A stretch of DNA of 64,000 nucleotides from Polyangia bacterium (lineage in GTDB: Bacteria; Myxococcota_A; Polyangia; Palsa-1104; JAEUJZ01): assembly GCA_044222245.1 (NCBI GenBank), contig JBGANQ010000041.1, forward strand, positions 5,234 through 69,233, given 5' to 3'. Both the position numbers and the translations under genes were made by a program. Under the pieces are notes generated by a model, which saw nothing but the letters and a program-made list of their open reading frames with translations, was not told the DNA's origin and searched no databases. Positions 57,101-64,000 of the stretch are shown piece by piece. Numbering within the stretch: the stretch's first letter is position 1; every line of letters begins with the position of its first letter.

Positions 57101-58359
57101 GCCGGGTGCCGCTGCCCACGTATCCGTTTGAGCGGACTTTATACGACCTGGGAACGCGCGCGGTGCGGACCGGGGCGGCGCTGCCGGCGGTGCCGCCGCT
57201 TGCTCGCGCCGTCGGGACCGCGGTGCTGCGTTCGCTGCCGCCGCTCGCCCCCCGGGATGCGCTGGCGCAGCGGCTGGCCGCGCTGTGGTCCGAGGCGCTC
57301 GGGTTCAGCCCGCGCGATGGCGACAACTTCTTTGATCACGGAGGCAACTCCTTTGTCGCCGTCCAGCTGAGCTCCAAGGTGCGCGATGAGCTGAACATCG
57401 CTCTGCCGCTGCACACCCTGGTCCAGCACCCGACCTTCGCGGCGCTGCTGGAGTACGTGCGCGCGCTGCCCAGCGCCGCCGGCGGGCCGGCGGGCCGCCG
57501 CGAGCTGCCCGCGCCCGAGCCCGCGCCTGCTGCCGCCTCCCTGCTGGTCGAGTTCAACCGCGGCGCCGCCACGCAGCTGCCGCTGTTTCTCATCCAGCCG
57601 ATCGGCGGCACCGTGTTTACCTACGCCGCCCTGGCCCGCGCCCTGCATCCCAGCCTGCCGGTCTACGGGGTGCGCGCCTCGGGCATGGAGGCCGGTGAGG
57701 AGGTGCTCACCGCGCTGCCGCAGATCGTCGCCCGCTACCTGGAGAGCCTGCGCGCCGTGCAGCCGCGCGGTCCCTACCGCCTGGGTGGTCACTCCGCTGG
57801 CGGCATCATCGCCTTTGCCATCGCCGCGCAGCTCCTGGCGGAGGGTGAGCAGGTGAGCTGGCTGCTGCTGCTCGATAGCGCCTCGCTGCCCCAGATGCGG
57901 CGCACCGCGGCCCTGCCGCTCGCGCAGCTGCTCGCCGAGCTCGATCGCGGCGGCAGCGCGCCGAGCGAGGGTCAGCTGAGCCTGCGCGCGGCGCTGCAGG
58001 CCGACACGCCATTCCGGGCGATCGCGCTCGGGACGCTGCAGGCCCTGGCCGGGGCGCAGCTGGGACCCTTGCCGGTCCGCCTGACCTATGTGCTGGCCCG
58101 CGATGAGCCCGGCCCGCTCGACGCGCAGCGGGCGGCGTTCTGGCTGGCCATGACCGAGCAGAGCTTCGCGCTGCAGCGGGTCGCCGGCACACACTTCACC
58201 ATGATGGAGCCGCAGCAGCTGACCCCCATCGTCGAGCTCTGTCACGAGCAGCTGCTCGGCCGCCGCGCCGCCGACCCGGCCAGCGACCTGGGTGAGCCGC
58301 GGCGGGTCGCTAGCTCGCAGCAAGGCCGCGCCGTCCCGGGCCCACCGGACTTAGGATGA
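48166..58359 (+). CDS. Hybrid NRPS-type I PKS: A-T-C-A-MT-T-KS-AT-ACP-TE
   Basis: A cores YTSGSTGRPKG and YTSGSSGRPKG; T GGSS and GGHS; C HHIIIDG; MT VLELGSGSG and LNSVVQYFP; KS TACSTSL, EAHGT, NLGHL; AT GHSLG; ACP GGNS; TE GHSAG. Confidence 0.96.
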   Translation: MSTTSLPPAAWNETAADFPHDRCVHELFADQVRRTPDAVAVVYGDAALTYAELDRRANQLAHRLRASGVGPDTLVSLCVERSLHLAVGVLGILKAGGAYVPLDPAYPAERLAQLHGDSQAAVLLTQRALLGRLPQPAGALLLLDEPTADPWPQDAPAVAMSADSLGYVIYTSGSTGRPKGICLPHRALVNLIVWHERTLLCGVNTLQYASLSFDASFHEMFAAWCSGGTLFLLSEEVRHDLGALARFIHAHQIEKVILPVIVLSQLAEQVRGQEQLLGSLKELTTTGEQLQITGPIIQLFRRLPGCAFHNHYGPSESHVVTAYTLPADPDAWVTHPPIGRPIANTRIYLLDEQRRPVPVGATGELYIGGVCLARCYLGQPELTASRFVATGELPAGETRLYRTGDLARYRPDGCLEYLGRIDHQVKIRGFRIELGEVETVLSQHPGVREVAVLAREDAPGEKRLVAYVVPDFAAATSGAAPLHGEPLHGEPVRALGADLRARLREKLPDYMIPSALVMLAALPLTPNGKLDRRALPPPGPARPELATAYRAPRTALEREVTALWEQLLHLDGIGVEDSFFDLGGSSIHAAQFLARVRSAYGIELTFARFFAQPTVAALAAALQEQRPEGPAAATIPMVPREGGLALSLAQERLYYLYQLAPESRAYNCASCFHLRGTLDEQGLERSLQALVARHEILRTRFSQRDGRPLQLIDSPPPPPPPSRTLAVVDLQALPEAERPLAARRQLEKETQHLFNLEQGPLFRATLWRLGPGEHFLLLNFHHIIIDGWSIEVALRELALYYKAWVTHTPPALAPLPIQYADYAAWQLQQADSAAQRELVGWWKQKLQGAAPLLQLPTDHRRPAVQSFRGATVAFAIDAPLTAALRELAARSGMTLSMVLLAAYAALLHRYTRSEDLLIGIPSASRHRVELEGVLGFFINTLPLRIDLSGGPSFAELLGRVRATAIEAYERDAAPFEQIVKELRPERDPAYNPVVQLGFAPQPPAERALALPGLQAEHVEVDAQKTVFDLTLYLWEEPTRTAALFEYSTDLFTPATIARLAEQYVLLLRAALKDAQQQVAALPLLSAAERDKILQQWNPPPSAPAAAPSLYELFAAQAARAPAAPAVVMDAVTVTYGELDQRASQLAQLLQALELPAETPIGVCLERSVDLIVAFLGILKAGGVYTPLDPGYPQSRLHYMLADSAAPVVLTSARHAELLAGAGARVLCLDTPAAALAATAERRPPPVAPGQAAYLIYTSGSSGRPKGVVIEHRSAVAFVRAQQAVVGVTAESRVLHLASPSFDASVWELLLALTAGAALFPVPVAATLPGPELCRFLRQHRISIAFLAPAALAQLPREELPELTTLLTGGEACPAAQVQRWAPGRRFINAYGPTEATVCATMQVCTPGPEAPAIGVPLTNARVYVLDAAGQLLPTGVPGELYLGGASLARGYLNQPELTAQRFLPDPFAAPGARMYRTGDLGRWRADGSLEFLGRLDDQIKLRGLRIELGEIESVLREQPLIAAAAVVLREERDGDRRLVAYLVPRAGAPTAAPAAAPATLKEQLVGDWLRLYEDVYKRADAAGDPTFNIEGWNSSFTGQPIPAAQMSAWVASTVARLQALAPRRVLELGSGSGLLLFKVAPSCAQYLGTDFSPAAVARLGQLVAARGLTQVTLQQREANQLADLPEKSFDTIILNSVVQYFPGLAYLREVLGGAVRALTAPGVIFIGDVRSLPLREAFHAAVQLYQAAPQTAAAALRDKTSRAASSDRELLLAPEFFTALASELGPQVHAEVWLKRGRGSDEMTRYRYDVVLFVGCAAPAVEPSATRHWAAVDASVAGLQAWLTQARPQVAEILAIPNARLAGDWQALQRLQQAPDCSCDELAAALAPAVAAAVAPEDLWQLGEQLGYAVRITYSATGGPACMDVLFERAAAAPYPRPWRPAPRQPAARERADDYANDPLRAKQDRDLIPQVREALLRKLPAYMIPAAFVVLDELPLTASGKLDRKRLRAPAELRPELGRDYVAPTTALHSELVAIWRTVLGVERIGIHDPFFELGGHSLLLPQVRAAIATRLGIQVPVIKLLQCATVSALAAYLQASAEPEAPAVPPPRPEVAASAAASRAVAVIGLAGRFPQAADVEELWQNLASGRECLTFFTPAELAEQGIEPELLRSPRLVPACGVLEEAMGFDAGFFGCGPKEALYMDPQHRAFLECAWAGLEDAGYTAPTYDGAIGVFAGAEAPRYWLERLGLHGGPWNAEDYQAVHGNLPDNLTTRVADQLGLRGPAITVATACSTSLVAIHLACQQLLAAQCDLALAGGVGVHSPFAPGHLYQDGGLMSRSGHCRPFDAAAEGIVSGSGVAVVVLKRLEDALRDGDHIRAVIRGSAINNDGGNKASYLAPSVEGQLAVLRKAYASADVDPATVSYIEAHGTATRLGDLVEFTALRRAFAERTERRQFCALGSVKSNLGHLGAAAGVTGLIKATLALERGLIPPTLHFTAPPAELELQDSPFFVHAQPRPWPAAAQPRRAGVSAFGVGGTNAHVVLEQAPAIPAAGRARGVQLLLLSARTPWALDEATRRLAAHLQQHPEQPLPDVAYTLQRGRAHLQHRRAVIASDAAAASARLSAAEPTLVATGSVPARPPKLVFMFPGGGTQRVQMGRELYEQEPVYREALARCARLFQNELGCDLLALLFPPPGDEPAAAAALLRPSLNNAAIFATEFALTELLQSWGLRPAAVTGHSLGEYAAACLSGVLRLEDAVALVALRGRIYDELTGGATMSVLLPEATLRARLGSGVELAAVNGPASCVVAGERAAVLRLQAELAAEGHEARLLAIDCAAHCSSVEPHLPRLTARAATLDLQAPRIPIVSNLTGGYLSEKQARDPAHWAAHLRGTVRFAAGLATLLADPDAVFLEVGPGWTLSTLCRRHPDAGAERVAVASLASAGSGRSDLEVLLLALGQLHCTGVAVDWQRFSATEQRRRVPLPTYPFERTLYDLGTRAVRTGAALPAVPPLARAVGTAVLRSLPPLAPRDALAQRLAALWSEALGFSPRDGDNFFDHGGNSFVAVQLSSKVRDELNIALPLHTLVQHPTFAALLEYVRALPSAAGGPAGRRELPAPEPAPAAASLLVEFNRGAATQLPLFLIQPIGGTVFTYAALARALHPSLPVYGVRASGMEAGEEVLTALPQIVARYLESLRAVQPRGPYRLGGHSAGGIIAFAIAAQLLAEGEQVSWLLLLDSASLPQMRRTAALPLAQLLAELDRGGSAPSEGQLSLRAALQADTPFRAIALGTLQALAGAQLGPLPVRLTYVLARDEPGPLDAQRAAFWLAMTEQSFALQRVAGTHFTMMEPQQLTPIVELCHEQLLGRRAADPASDLGEPRRVASSQQGRAVPGPPDLG

Positions 58360-59259
58360 GGGACGCAGGAAGATCTGGTCGCGGGCCGCCTGACAGATGG
58401 CCAGGACGGCCGGGTGCTTGATGCGACGCTCGACGGAGATGGCGTAGAAGCGCTCGCTGAGCGGGCTCGCCTCACCAATCTGCTGGCAGCCATGCTGGTC
58501 GCGGATCTGCTCGGCCATGATGCTCGGGCCGGCGAACATGCCGGCGCCTGACTGCGCGAATACTTTCATGAGCGCGCTGTCGTCAAACTCACCGACAACC
58601 TGCGGCTCCACCCCCTGGGTGCGAAACCAGTGCTCCAGCGAGCGGCGCAGCGCCGCGTGCTCCGAGGGGAGCAAGAGCGGCGCCCCCGAGAGTGAGCCTG
58701 GGAATCGGGGCTTGTACTTGTGGCACAGCGCCGGCGCGCCGTAGATGGACACCCCACACTCACCGAGCAGGTGGTTGTAAGCGCGGACCTTGACCCCGGC
58801 GGCGAGCGGTGTATCCGACAGGACTACATCGAGCTCGTGAATCGCCAGGGCGGCGACCAGGCGCTCCTGGCTGCCTTCCCGGCAGTGAATGCGCAGCGGC
58901 TTGTCGAGCATCAGCGCCGGCCGCAGCAGCTCGTGGGCGATCAGCTTGGGCACCGCATCGGTGACTCCGACATGCAGCTGTAGGCGCTCCTGACTGTGGC
59001 CGCGCAGCACCTGCTGCAGGTCGCGCCCGAGGGCGAAGATCTCGCTGGCGTACTGGTAGACGACCCGTCCTACATCCGTGAGCGCGAGGGAGCGGCCCTG
59101 GCGCTTGAACAGCCGCTCGCCGAGCTGCCGCTCGAGCTCGCGCAGCTGGCCGCTGATGGTCGGCTGGGCCAGGCGCAGCTCCTGGGTCGCCTTGGAGATG
59201 CTGCCCTCGCGAGCGACGACCCAGAAGTAGTATAGGTGATGATAGTTGAGCCAGTGCAT
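58351..59259 (-). CDS. nhaR: NhaR-type LysR transcriptional activator
   Basis: MHWLNYHHLYYFWVVAREGSISKA, LRLAQPTISGQL, AISVERRIKHPAV. Confidence 0.88.
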   Translation of the reverse strand: MHWLNYHHLYYFWVVAREGSISKATQELRLAQPTISGQLRELERQLGERLFKRQGRSLALTDVGRVVYQYASEIFALGRDLQQVLRGHSQERLQLHVGVTDAVPKLIAHELLRPALMLDKPLRIHCREGSQERLVAALAIHELDVVLSDTPLAAGVKVRAYNHLLGECGVSIYGAPALCHKYKPRFPGSLSGAPLLLPSEHAALRRSLEHWFRTQGVEPQVVGEFDDSALMKVFAQSGAGMFAGPSIMAEQIRDQHGCQQIGEASPLSERFYAISVERRIKHPAVLAICQAARDQIFLRPSS

Positions 59260-59275
59260 CGGCGACCCCTGATTC

Positions 59276-59290
59276 ATCGGTTTTCCCGAT
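59276..59290. promoter_or_regulatory. LysR-type T-N11-A inverted-repeat box in the nhaR / ABC divergent region
   Basis: ATCGG-TTTTC-CCGAT. Confidence 0.55.
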
Positions 59291-59415
59291 AGGAGGCGTT
59301 CAAATTATCTATGTTTTTCTCTTCCCGGCAATGACATCTTTACACCCAGGGGCGGCGAGGCAGCGCCCGCGCAGGCACTCGGTAAGAAGCGATCAGGCAG
59401 CCCAGGAATTAGCCA

Positions 59416-61257
59416 ATGAATGAATCAACCAGCCCGCAGGGCGAACCGGGCGCGATGGCAGTCGTCGGCGCCAGCACGCCCGCAGTCGATTCCGCTATCA
59501 GCTCGACCTCGCAAGAGCTCTCGCTGGAGGTGGCAGCGGCCAGCTCCGGGCATGCGGGAGCAGGCGACCACCCGACCCCGGTGCAGCGGCTCTTCCAGCT
59601 GCTGCAGCTGGAGGCCGGCGATCTTTGGATTATTGCCGTCTATGCGCTCGCGCTGGGAGTGCTGTCCCTGGCCACTCCGATCGCGGTCCAGGCCATGGTC
59701 AATCAGGTGGCGTTCGGGCAGCTCTTGCAGCCGCTGGTGGCGCTGCTGCTGGTGCTGCTGGTGCTGCTCGGGCTGGCCGGTGGGCTGCGCATCTTGCAGA
59801 ACATCGCCGTCGAGATCTTGCAGCAGCGGCTGCTCGTGCGGAGCGGGCTGGGGCTGGCTCGCTTGCTGCCGCGGGTTCCTTTGCCGGTCCTCCGCGAGCA
59901 CGGTCCGGACCTGGCCAGCCGCTTTCTGGAGATCGCGGCGGTACAGAAGGCCGCCGCCGGGCTTTTGCTCGATGGGCTGGCGATTGCGCTGCAGCTGCTC
60001 ATCGGTATGGCCGTGCTGGCCTTTTATCACCCGCTGCTGCTGGCGTTTGACGTCGTCCTGTCAGGATTTGTCGCGCTCATCTTGCTCGGCCTTGGCCGCG
60101 CCGCGGTGCCCACCAGCATCGCCGAGTCGCAGGCCAAGTACGCGGTGGCAGACTGGCTGGCGGCGCTGTGCCGGCACCCGCTGGCCTTCAAGTTCGCCGA
60201 TGGGCCCAAGGTGGCCAGCGCGCGGGCCGACGCACTCCTTTGTGACTATGTGCACGCCCGGCGTGGCCACTTTCGCATCCTGCTGCGGCAGATCATCGGC
60301 TCGCTGACCCTGCAGGCGGTGGCCAGCGTGGCCCTGCTCGGCATCGGCGGCGCCCTGGTCATCGCCGGCCAGCTGACGCTGGGCCAGCTCATCGCCGCCG
60401 AGCTTATCGTCAGCGCGCTGCTCGCCGGCATCGCCAAGTTCGGCAAGCACCTGGAGGCGTATTACGATCTGCTCACGGCGCTCGACAAGCTCGGGCACCT
60501 CTCCGACCTCGAGCACGAGCGTGCCGATGGCGAGCTGCTGCCCGAGCAGCTGGGCGGCCTCCAGCTGCAGCTGAGCGCGGTCGCGGCCGGCTATCCGGGC
60601 GGCGACATCCTCATCAGCGACATCAACCTGCAGCTGCCCGCCGGCGCGCGCGTCGCCATCATCGGTGCGCCGCAGAGCGGCAAGACGCTGATGGGCGAGC
60701 TGCTCACCGGGCTTGTGCCGCCGCGCGAGGGCGCCCTGACCTACGACGGCTGCGATCTGCGGGACCTGCAGCTGTCGGCGCTGCGGGCCCAGATCGCGCT
60801 GGTCTGCGCCGAGGAGCCGGCCCTGTTCGCCGGGACGGTGGCCGAGATCCTGTGCGGTGCCGGTGAGCGGCGCAGCGGCCCGGTGAGCCGGACGCCCGGC
60901 CGCGGTGAGCTGCGCGCGGCACTCAGCGCCGTCGGGCTGTGGCCGGCCCGGCGGGCGTTCAAGGATGGTCTGGACACCGCTCTTGGCGATGGCGCGCCGT
61001 CTCTGTCGCGGGATGAGCGGTGGCGGCTCCAGCTGGCGCGGGTCCTGGTGCAGCGGCCGCGGCTTGTCGTCATCGACAAGACGACCCCGAGCGGCGGCCC
61101 GCAGGATGACGCCACCGCGGCGCTACTGTACTCCGAGCTGCCGTTCACGGTCGTGCTCTGCACGGCGCCCGGAGACCCGCTGCTGGCGCGCTGCGATGAG
61201 GTCTACCAGATACAGGATGCCACGCTGGTTGCGGTGGCGCGAAAGGGTCGAAAATGA
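59416..61257 (+). CDS. Type I secretion-like ABC half-transporter with degenerate nucleotide-binding domain
   Basis: ABC TM domain (LSLATPIAVQAMVN, GQLTLGQLIAAELI); Walker A GAPQSGKT; signature LSRDE and Walker B VVIDKT deviate. Confidence 0.87.
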   Translation: MNESTSPQGEPGAMAVVGASTPAVDSAISSTSQELSLEVAAASSGHAGAGDHPTPVQRLFQLLQLEAGDLWIIAVYALALGVLSLATPIAVQAMVNQVAFGQLLQPLVALLLVLLVLLGLAGGLRILQNIAVEILQQRLLVRSGLGLARLLPRVPLPVLREHGPDLASRFLEIAAVQKAAAGLLLDGLAIALQLLIGMAVLAFYHPLLLAFDVVLSGFVALILLGLGRAAVPTSIAESQAKYAVADWLAALCRHPLAFKFADGPKVASARADALLCDYVHARRGHFRILLRQIIGSLTLQAVASVALLGIGGALVIAGQLTLGQLIAAELIVSALLAGIAKFGKHLEAYYDLLTALDKLGHLSDLEHERADGELLPEQLGGLQLQLSAVAAGYPGGDILISDINLQLPAGARVAIIGAPQSGKTLMGELLTGLVPPREGALTYDGCDLRDLQLSALRAQIALVCAEEPALFAGTVAEILCGAGERRSGPVSRTPGRGELRAALSAVGLWPARRAFKDGLDTALGDGAPSLSRDERWRLQLARVLVQRPRLVVIDKTTPSGGPQDDATAALLYSELPFTVVLCTAPGDPLLARCDEVYQIQDATLVAVARKGRK

Positions 61258-62585
61258 GCCGGCAGACTGACTCGGCCAGGCGCCACCGCCAGGGCGCCGC
61301 GACGATGGTGCGGACTCCCTACGGAGTGCGCGAGCTGGCGATCGCGCTGCTCGTCCTTTTTGTGTTGCTGGCCATCGGGCTGCTGGTCCTTCCCTGGCAG
61401 CAGAGCGTGCGCGGCAGCGGGCGCGTCGTCGCCTACACTCCGACCGAGCGGCAGCAGACGCTCGAGGCGCCGATCGAGGGGCGCATCGTGCGCTGGCTGG
61501 TCCGTGAGGGCTCGCGGGTCAAGGCGGGCGAGCGGGTGGTCGAGATCGCCGACAACGATCCTGCGCTCCTGCAGCGGCTTGCGGAGGAGCGTGACGCGGT
61601 GCAGGCGCGGCTCGCCGCTGCCAAGTCCCGCCAGCTGGCTCTGGAGGAGCGGCTGTTGCAGCTTGGGGGCGCGCAGGGGGCGGCGATCTCGGGGGCGGGA
61701 GCGCGCGTGCGCATGGCCCGCGAGCGGATGCGCGCGGCGACCCAGGCGCTGGCCGCCAGCGAGGCCGCCCGCCGCACGGCGCAGCTGAATCAGCAGCGGC
61801 AGCAGGCGCTGTTTGACAAGGGACTGACCTCGCGCCGGGCGCTCGACCTGGCAGAGCTCGAAGCGGTGCGGACCACCACGGAAGAGGCGCGGGCGCTGGC
61901 CACCTTGCAAGCGGCCCGCGGCGAAGAGTCGGCCCTGCGCGCCGACAAGGCCCGCGCCACCAGCGACACCGGCGCCGTGCTGGAAGACGCCCGCGCCGCG
62001 CGCGCCGCGGCCCAGGGCGAGGTCGCCAATGTCACCGCCGAGCTAGCCCGCATCGAGGTCCGGCTGGCGCGTCAGGCCAGCCAGTCGGTAAGCGCCCCGC
62101 GCGACGGCGTGATCCTGCGCCTGCTCGCCTCCGAGGGAGGCGAGATGGTCAAGGCCGGCGACCCGCTGGCAGTGCTGGTGCCCGATACCCAGGAGCGCGC
62201 AGTCGAGCTTTGGGTGGACGGCAACGACATCCCGCTCCTGTCAGAAGGACGGACGGTGCGGCTGCAGTTCGAGGGCTGGCCGGCGGTCCAGTTCGTCGGC
62301 TGGCCGGCGGTCGCGGTGGGCACCTTCCCCGGGCGGATTGCCCTCCTTGATGCCACCGACAACGGCAAGGGCAAGTTCCGCGTGCTCGTCGTCCCCGAGC
62401 CGGGCGCCAGCCCGCCGTGGCCTGCGGGGAGCTACCTGCGCCAGGGAGTGCGCGTCCAGGGCTGGGTGCTGCTCGGGCGGGTCAAGCTGGGCTATGAGCT
62501 GTGGCGCCAGTGGAACGGCTTTCCCCCGGTAGTAGCGGACCATGAGCCGGCCGAGGTCGCGACCAAAAAGGGAGGCGGCAAGTGA
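61254..62585 (+). CDS. HlyD family periplasmic adaptor
   Basis: TM anchor, LEAPIEGRI...VREGSRVKAG, long coiled coil, APRDGVI, VRLQFEGWPA. Confidence 0.92.
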   Translation: MSRQTDSARRHRQGAATMVRTPYGVRELAIALLVLFVLLAIGLLVLPWQQSVRGSGRVVAYTPTERQQTLEAPIEGRIVRWLVREGSRVKAGERVVEIADNDPALLQRLAEERDAVQARLAAAKSRQLALEERLLQLGGAQGAAISGAGARVRMARERMRAATQALAASEAARRTAQLNQQRQQALFDKGLTSRRALDLAELEAVRTTTEEARALATLQAARGEESALRADKARATSDTGAVLEDARAARAAAQGEVANVTAELARIEVRLARQASQSVSAPRDGVILRLLASEGGEMVKAGDPLAVLVPDTQERAVELWVDGNDIPLLSEGRTVRLQFEGWPAVQFVGWPAVAVGTFPGRIALLDATDNGKGKFRVLVVPEPGASPPWPAGSYLRQGVRVQGWVLLGRVKLGYELWRQWNGFPPVVADHEPAEVATKKGGGK

Positions 62586-64000
62586 GGGAGTATGCGCGTT
62601 TGTCTGTAGGTCTACTGGGAGTGCTGCGCGGCGCGGCGCTGCTCGGGCTGGGGCTGGCGGGCCTGCGGTCCGCGTCGGCTACCGTGACCCCGGAGCTGGC
62701 GGTCGCATCGGTCGCGCCGGTCGCGCCGGCCGCGCCGGTCGCGCCGGCCGCGCCGGCCGCGCGGAGCTCGGCGCCGCTTCTGCTCGGCGAAGTGCTCGAC
62801 TCCGTGCAGCGCCACTTTCCCGCCATCATCGCCGCGCAGAAGGAGCAGCGCGCCGCGGAGGCCGAGCTGCTCGCCGCCCGCGGCGGCTTTGATCCGCTGC
62901 TGCGGCTGCGCGCCGAGGGCGCAGTGCTCGGCTACTACCAGAACGGCCGGCTGGACGTCTCGCTAGAGCAGCCGACGCCGCTGTGGGGAACCCGATTCTT
63001 CGCCGGCTGGCGCCTGGGGACCGGCAGCTTCGCCGACTACGATGGCAAGCTCGAGACCAATGAATATGGGGAAGTGCGGGTCGGGGCAGTGGTTCCGCTG
63101 TGGCGCAATGGACCCATCGATCGCACGCGGGCGGCGATCAAGCGGGCGGCAGTGGGGCAGACGCTGGCCGCCCAGGGCGTCGCGCAGCAGCGCCTGGAGG
63201 CGGTGCGGCTGGGCAGCCAGCGCTACTGGGAGTGGACGGCTGCCGGGCAGCGCTTGCACATCGCCCACAGCCTGCAGCGCCTGGCGGCAGAGCGGGACGC
63301 CGCGCTCGCGCAGCGGGTGCGCCATGGCGACCTGCCCGAGATCGAGCGCATCGACAACCAGCGGCTCATCTTGTCGCGCCAGAGCCTGCTGATCGCCGCC
63401 CAGCGCGGGCTGGAGCAAGCGCAGATCGAGCTGTCGATCTACCTGCGCGATGCCCGGGGCGAGCCCTGGCTGGTCCCCGCCGAGCGGCTGCCGCGGGAGC
63501 TGCCGCTGCCCGAGCCGCGAGCGCTGACCAGCGAGCGGCTCGCCGCCGACATCCAGACTGCGCTGGCGCGCCGCCCCGAGGCCGAGCGCCTGCGCCTGCA
63601 GCTGGAGCAGCTGGGCATTGATCGCGACCTGGCGAAAAACCAGCTGGCGCCGGCCGTGGATGTCGGCCTGGCCTTCTCGCAGGATCTGGGGGCCGGCAGC
63701 TCGACGCGCACCCCGCCGGTGCTGGAGGGCAGCGTCCTTTTCGATATGCCGATTCCCAATCGCACCGCCAAGGGGCGGCTCGGCGCGACCGAGGCGCAGA
63801 TGGCCCGGCTGCAGGCCCAGGCCCGGCTGGTCCGCGATCGGATCTGTGCCGAGGTCCAGGATGTGCAGTCGCTGCTGAGGACGGCAGAGCAGCGCGTCGC
63901 GCTGGCCCGAGCCGAGCTCCAGCTTGCGCAGAAAGTTGAGACGGCGGAGCACCAGCGGTTCGAGCTTGGCGACAGCACGCTGGTCCTGGTCAATCTGCGC
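62582..64000 (+). CDS. TolC family outer-membrane channel (runs off the window end)
   Basis: Manual translation from GTG 62582 (GTGA overlap with hlyD): signal peptide, LLLGEVLDSVQRHFPAI...ARGGFDP, PLWRNG, RRPE; no stop before 64000. Confidence 0.88.
   Translation, partial: MREYARLSVGLLGVLRGAALLGLGLAGLRSASATVTPELAVASVAPVAPAAPVAPAAPAARSSAPLLLGEVLDSVQRHFPAIIAAQKEQRAAEAELLAARGGFDPLLRLRAEGAVLGYYQNGRLDVSLEQPTPLWGTRFFAGWRLGTGSFADYDGKLETNEYGEVRVGAVVPLWRNGPIDRTRAAIKRAAVGQTLAAQGVAQQRLEAVRLGSQRYWEWTAAGQRLHIAHSLQRLAAERDAALAQRVRHGDLPEIERIDNQRLILSRQSLLIAAQRGLEQAQIELSIYLRDARGEPWLVPAERLPRELPLPEPRALTSERLAADIQTALARRPEAERLRLQLEQLGIDRDLAKNQLAPAVDVGLAFSQDLGAGSSTRTPPVLEGSVLFDMPIPNRTAKGRLGATEAQMARLQAQARLVRDRICAEVQDVQSLLRTAEQRVALARAELQLAQKVETAEHQRFELGDSTLVLVNLR
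62711..62764 (+). repeat. In-frame 9-bp tandem repeat (GYCGCGCCG, six units, last imperfect) encoding VAP/AAP linker
   Basis: Read directly in tolC 5' region. Confidence 0.8.

Noticed and set aside
59416-61257. The ABC transporter as the LanT for the lanthipeptide
   Set aside because: No C39 peptidase domain, about 35 kb away, and the precursor lacks a double-Gly site.

Overview
High-GC bacterial DNA. The gene content (many Ser/Thr kinases, STAS proteins, ECF/anti-sigma/caspase operon, LanM, NRPS-PKS, lipoproteins) suggests Myxococcota; this is an inference. No rRNA, tRNA or CRISPR array was seen. In order, the window holds: an unknown protein; a membrane Ser/Thr kinase coupled to a hybrid histidine kinase; a STAS + SAM-methyltransferase pair; an ECF sigma / zinc anti-sigma / exported caspase / lipoprotein operon; hydrolases, tgt, yccF and a ferredoxin reductase; a 5'-truncated kinase-ATPase-TPR gene head-to-head with a helical domain-TIR-SIR2 fusion; a class II lanthipeptide locus (lanA + lanM) behind a sigma54 promoter and a perfect 38-bp palindrome; LysR; a 14-repeat beta-propeller lipoprotein; GH1; radical SAM + DegT aminotransferase; a pseudokinase-ATPase-GAF-STAS protein; an orphan sugar-binding lipoprotein; a hybrid NRPS-PKS (A-T-C-A-MT-T-KS-AT-ACP-TE); and an NhaR-type regulator with an ABC/HlyD/TolC exporter that runs off the end. 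Top observation: the Fe(II)/2-oxoglutarate dioxygenase (proline 4-hydroxylase-like) that heads the NRPS-PKS operon is split by a 6,777-bp insertion flanked by a GGAC direct repeat. Removing the insert restores one in-frame 304-aa ORF. The insert encodes no recognisable recombinase. All motif calls are by eye; no database searches were run.
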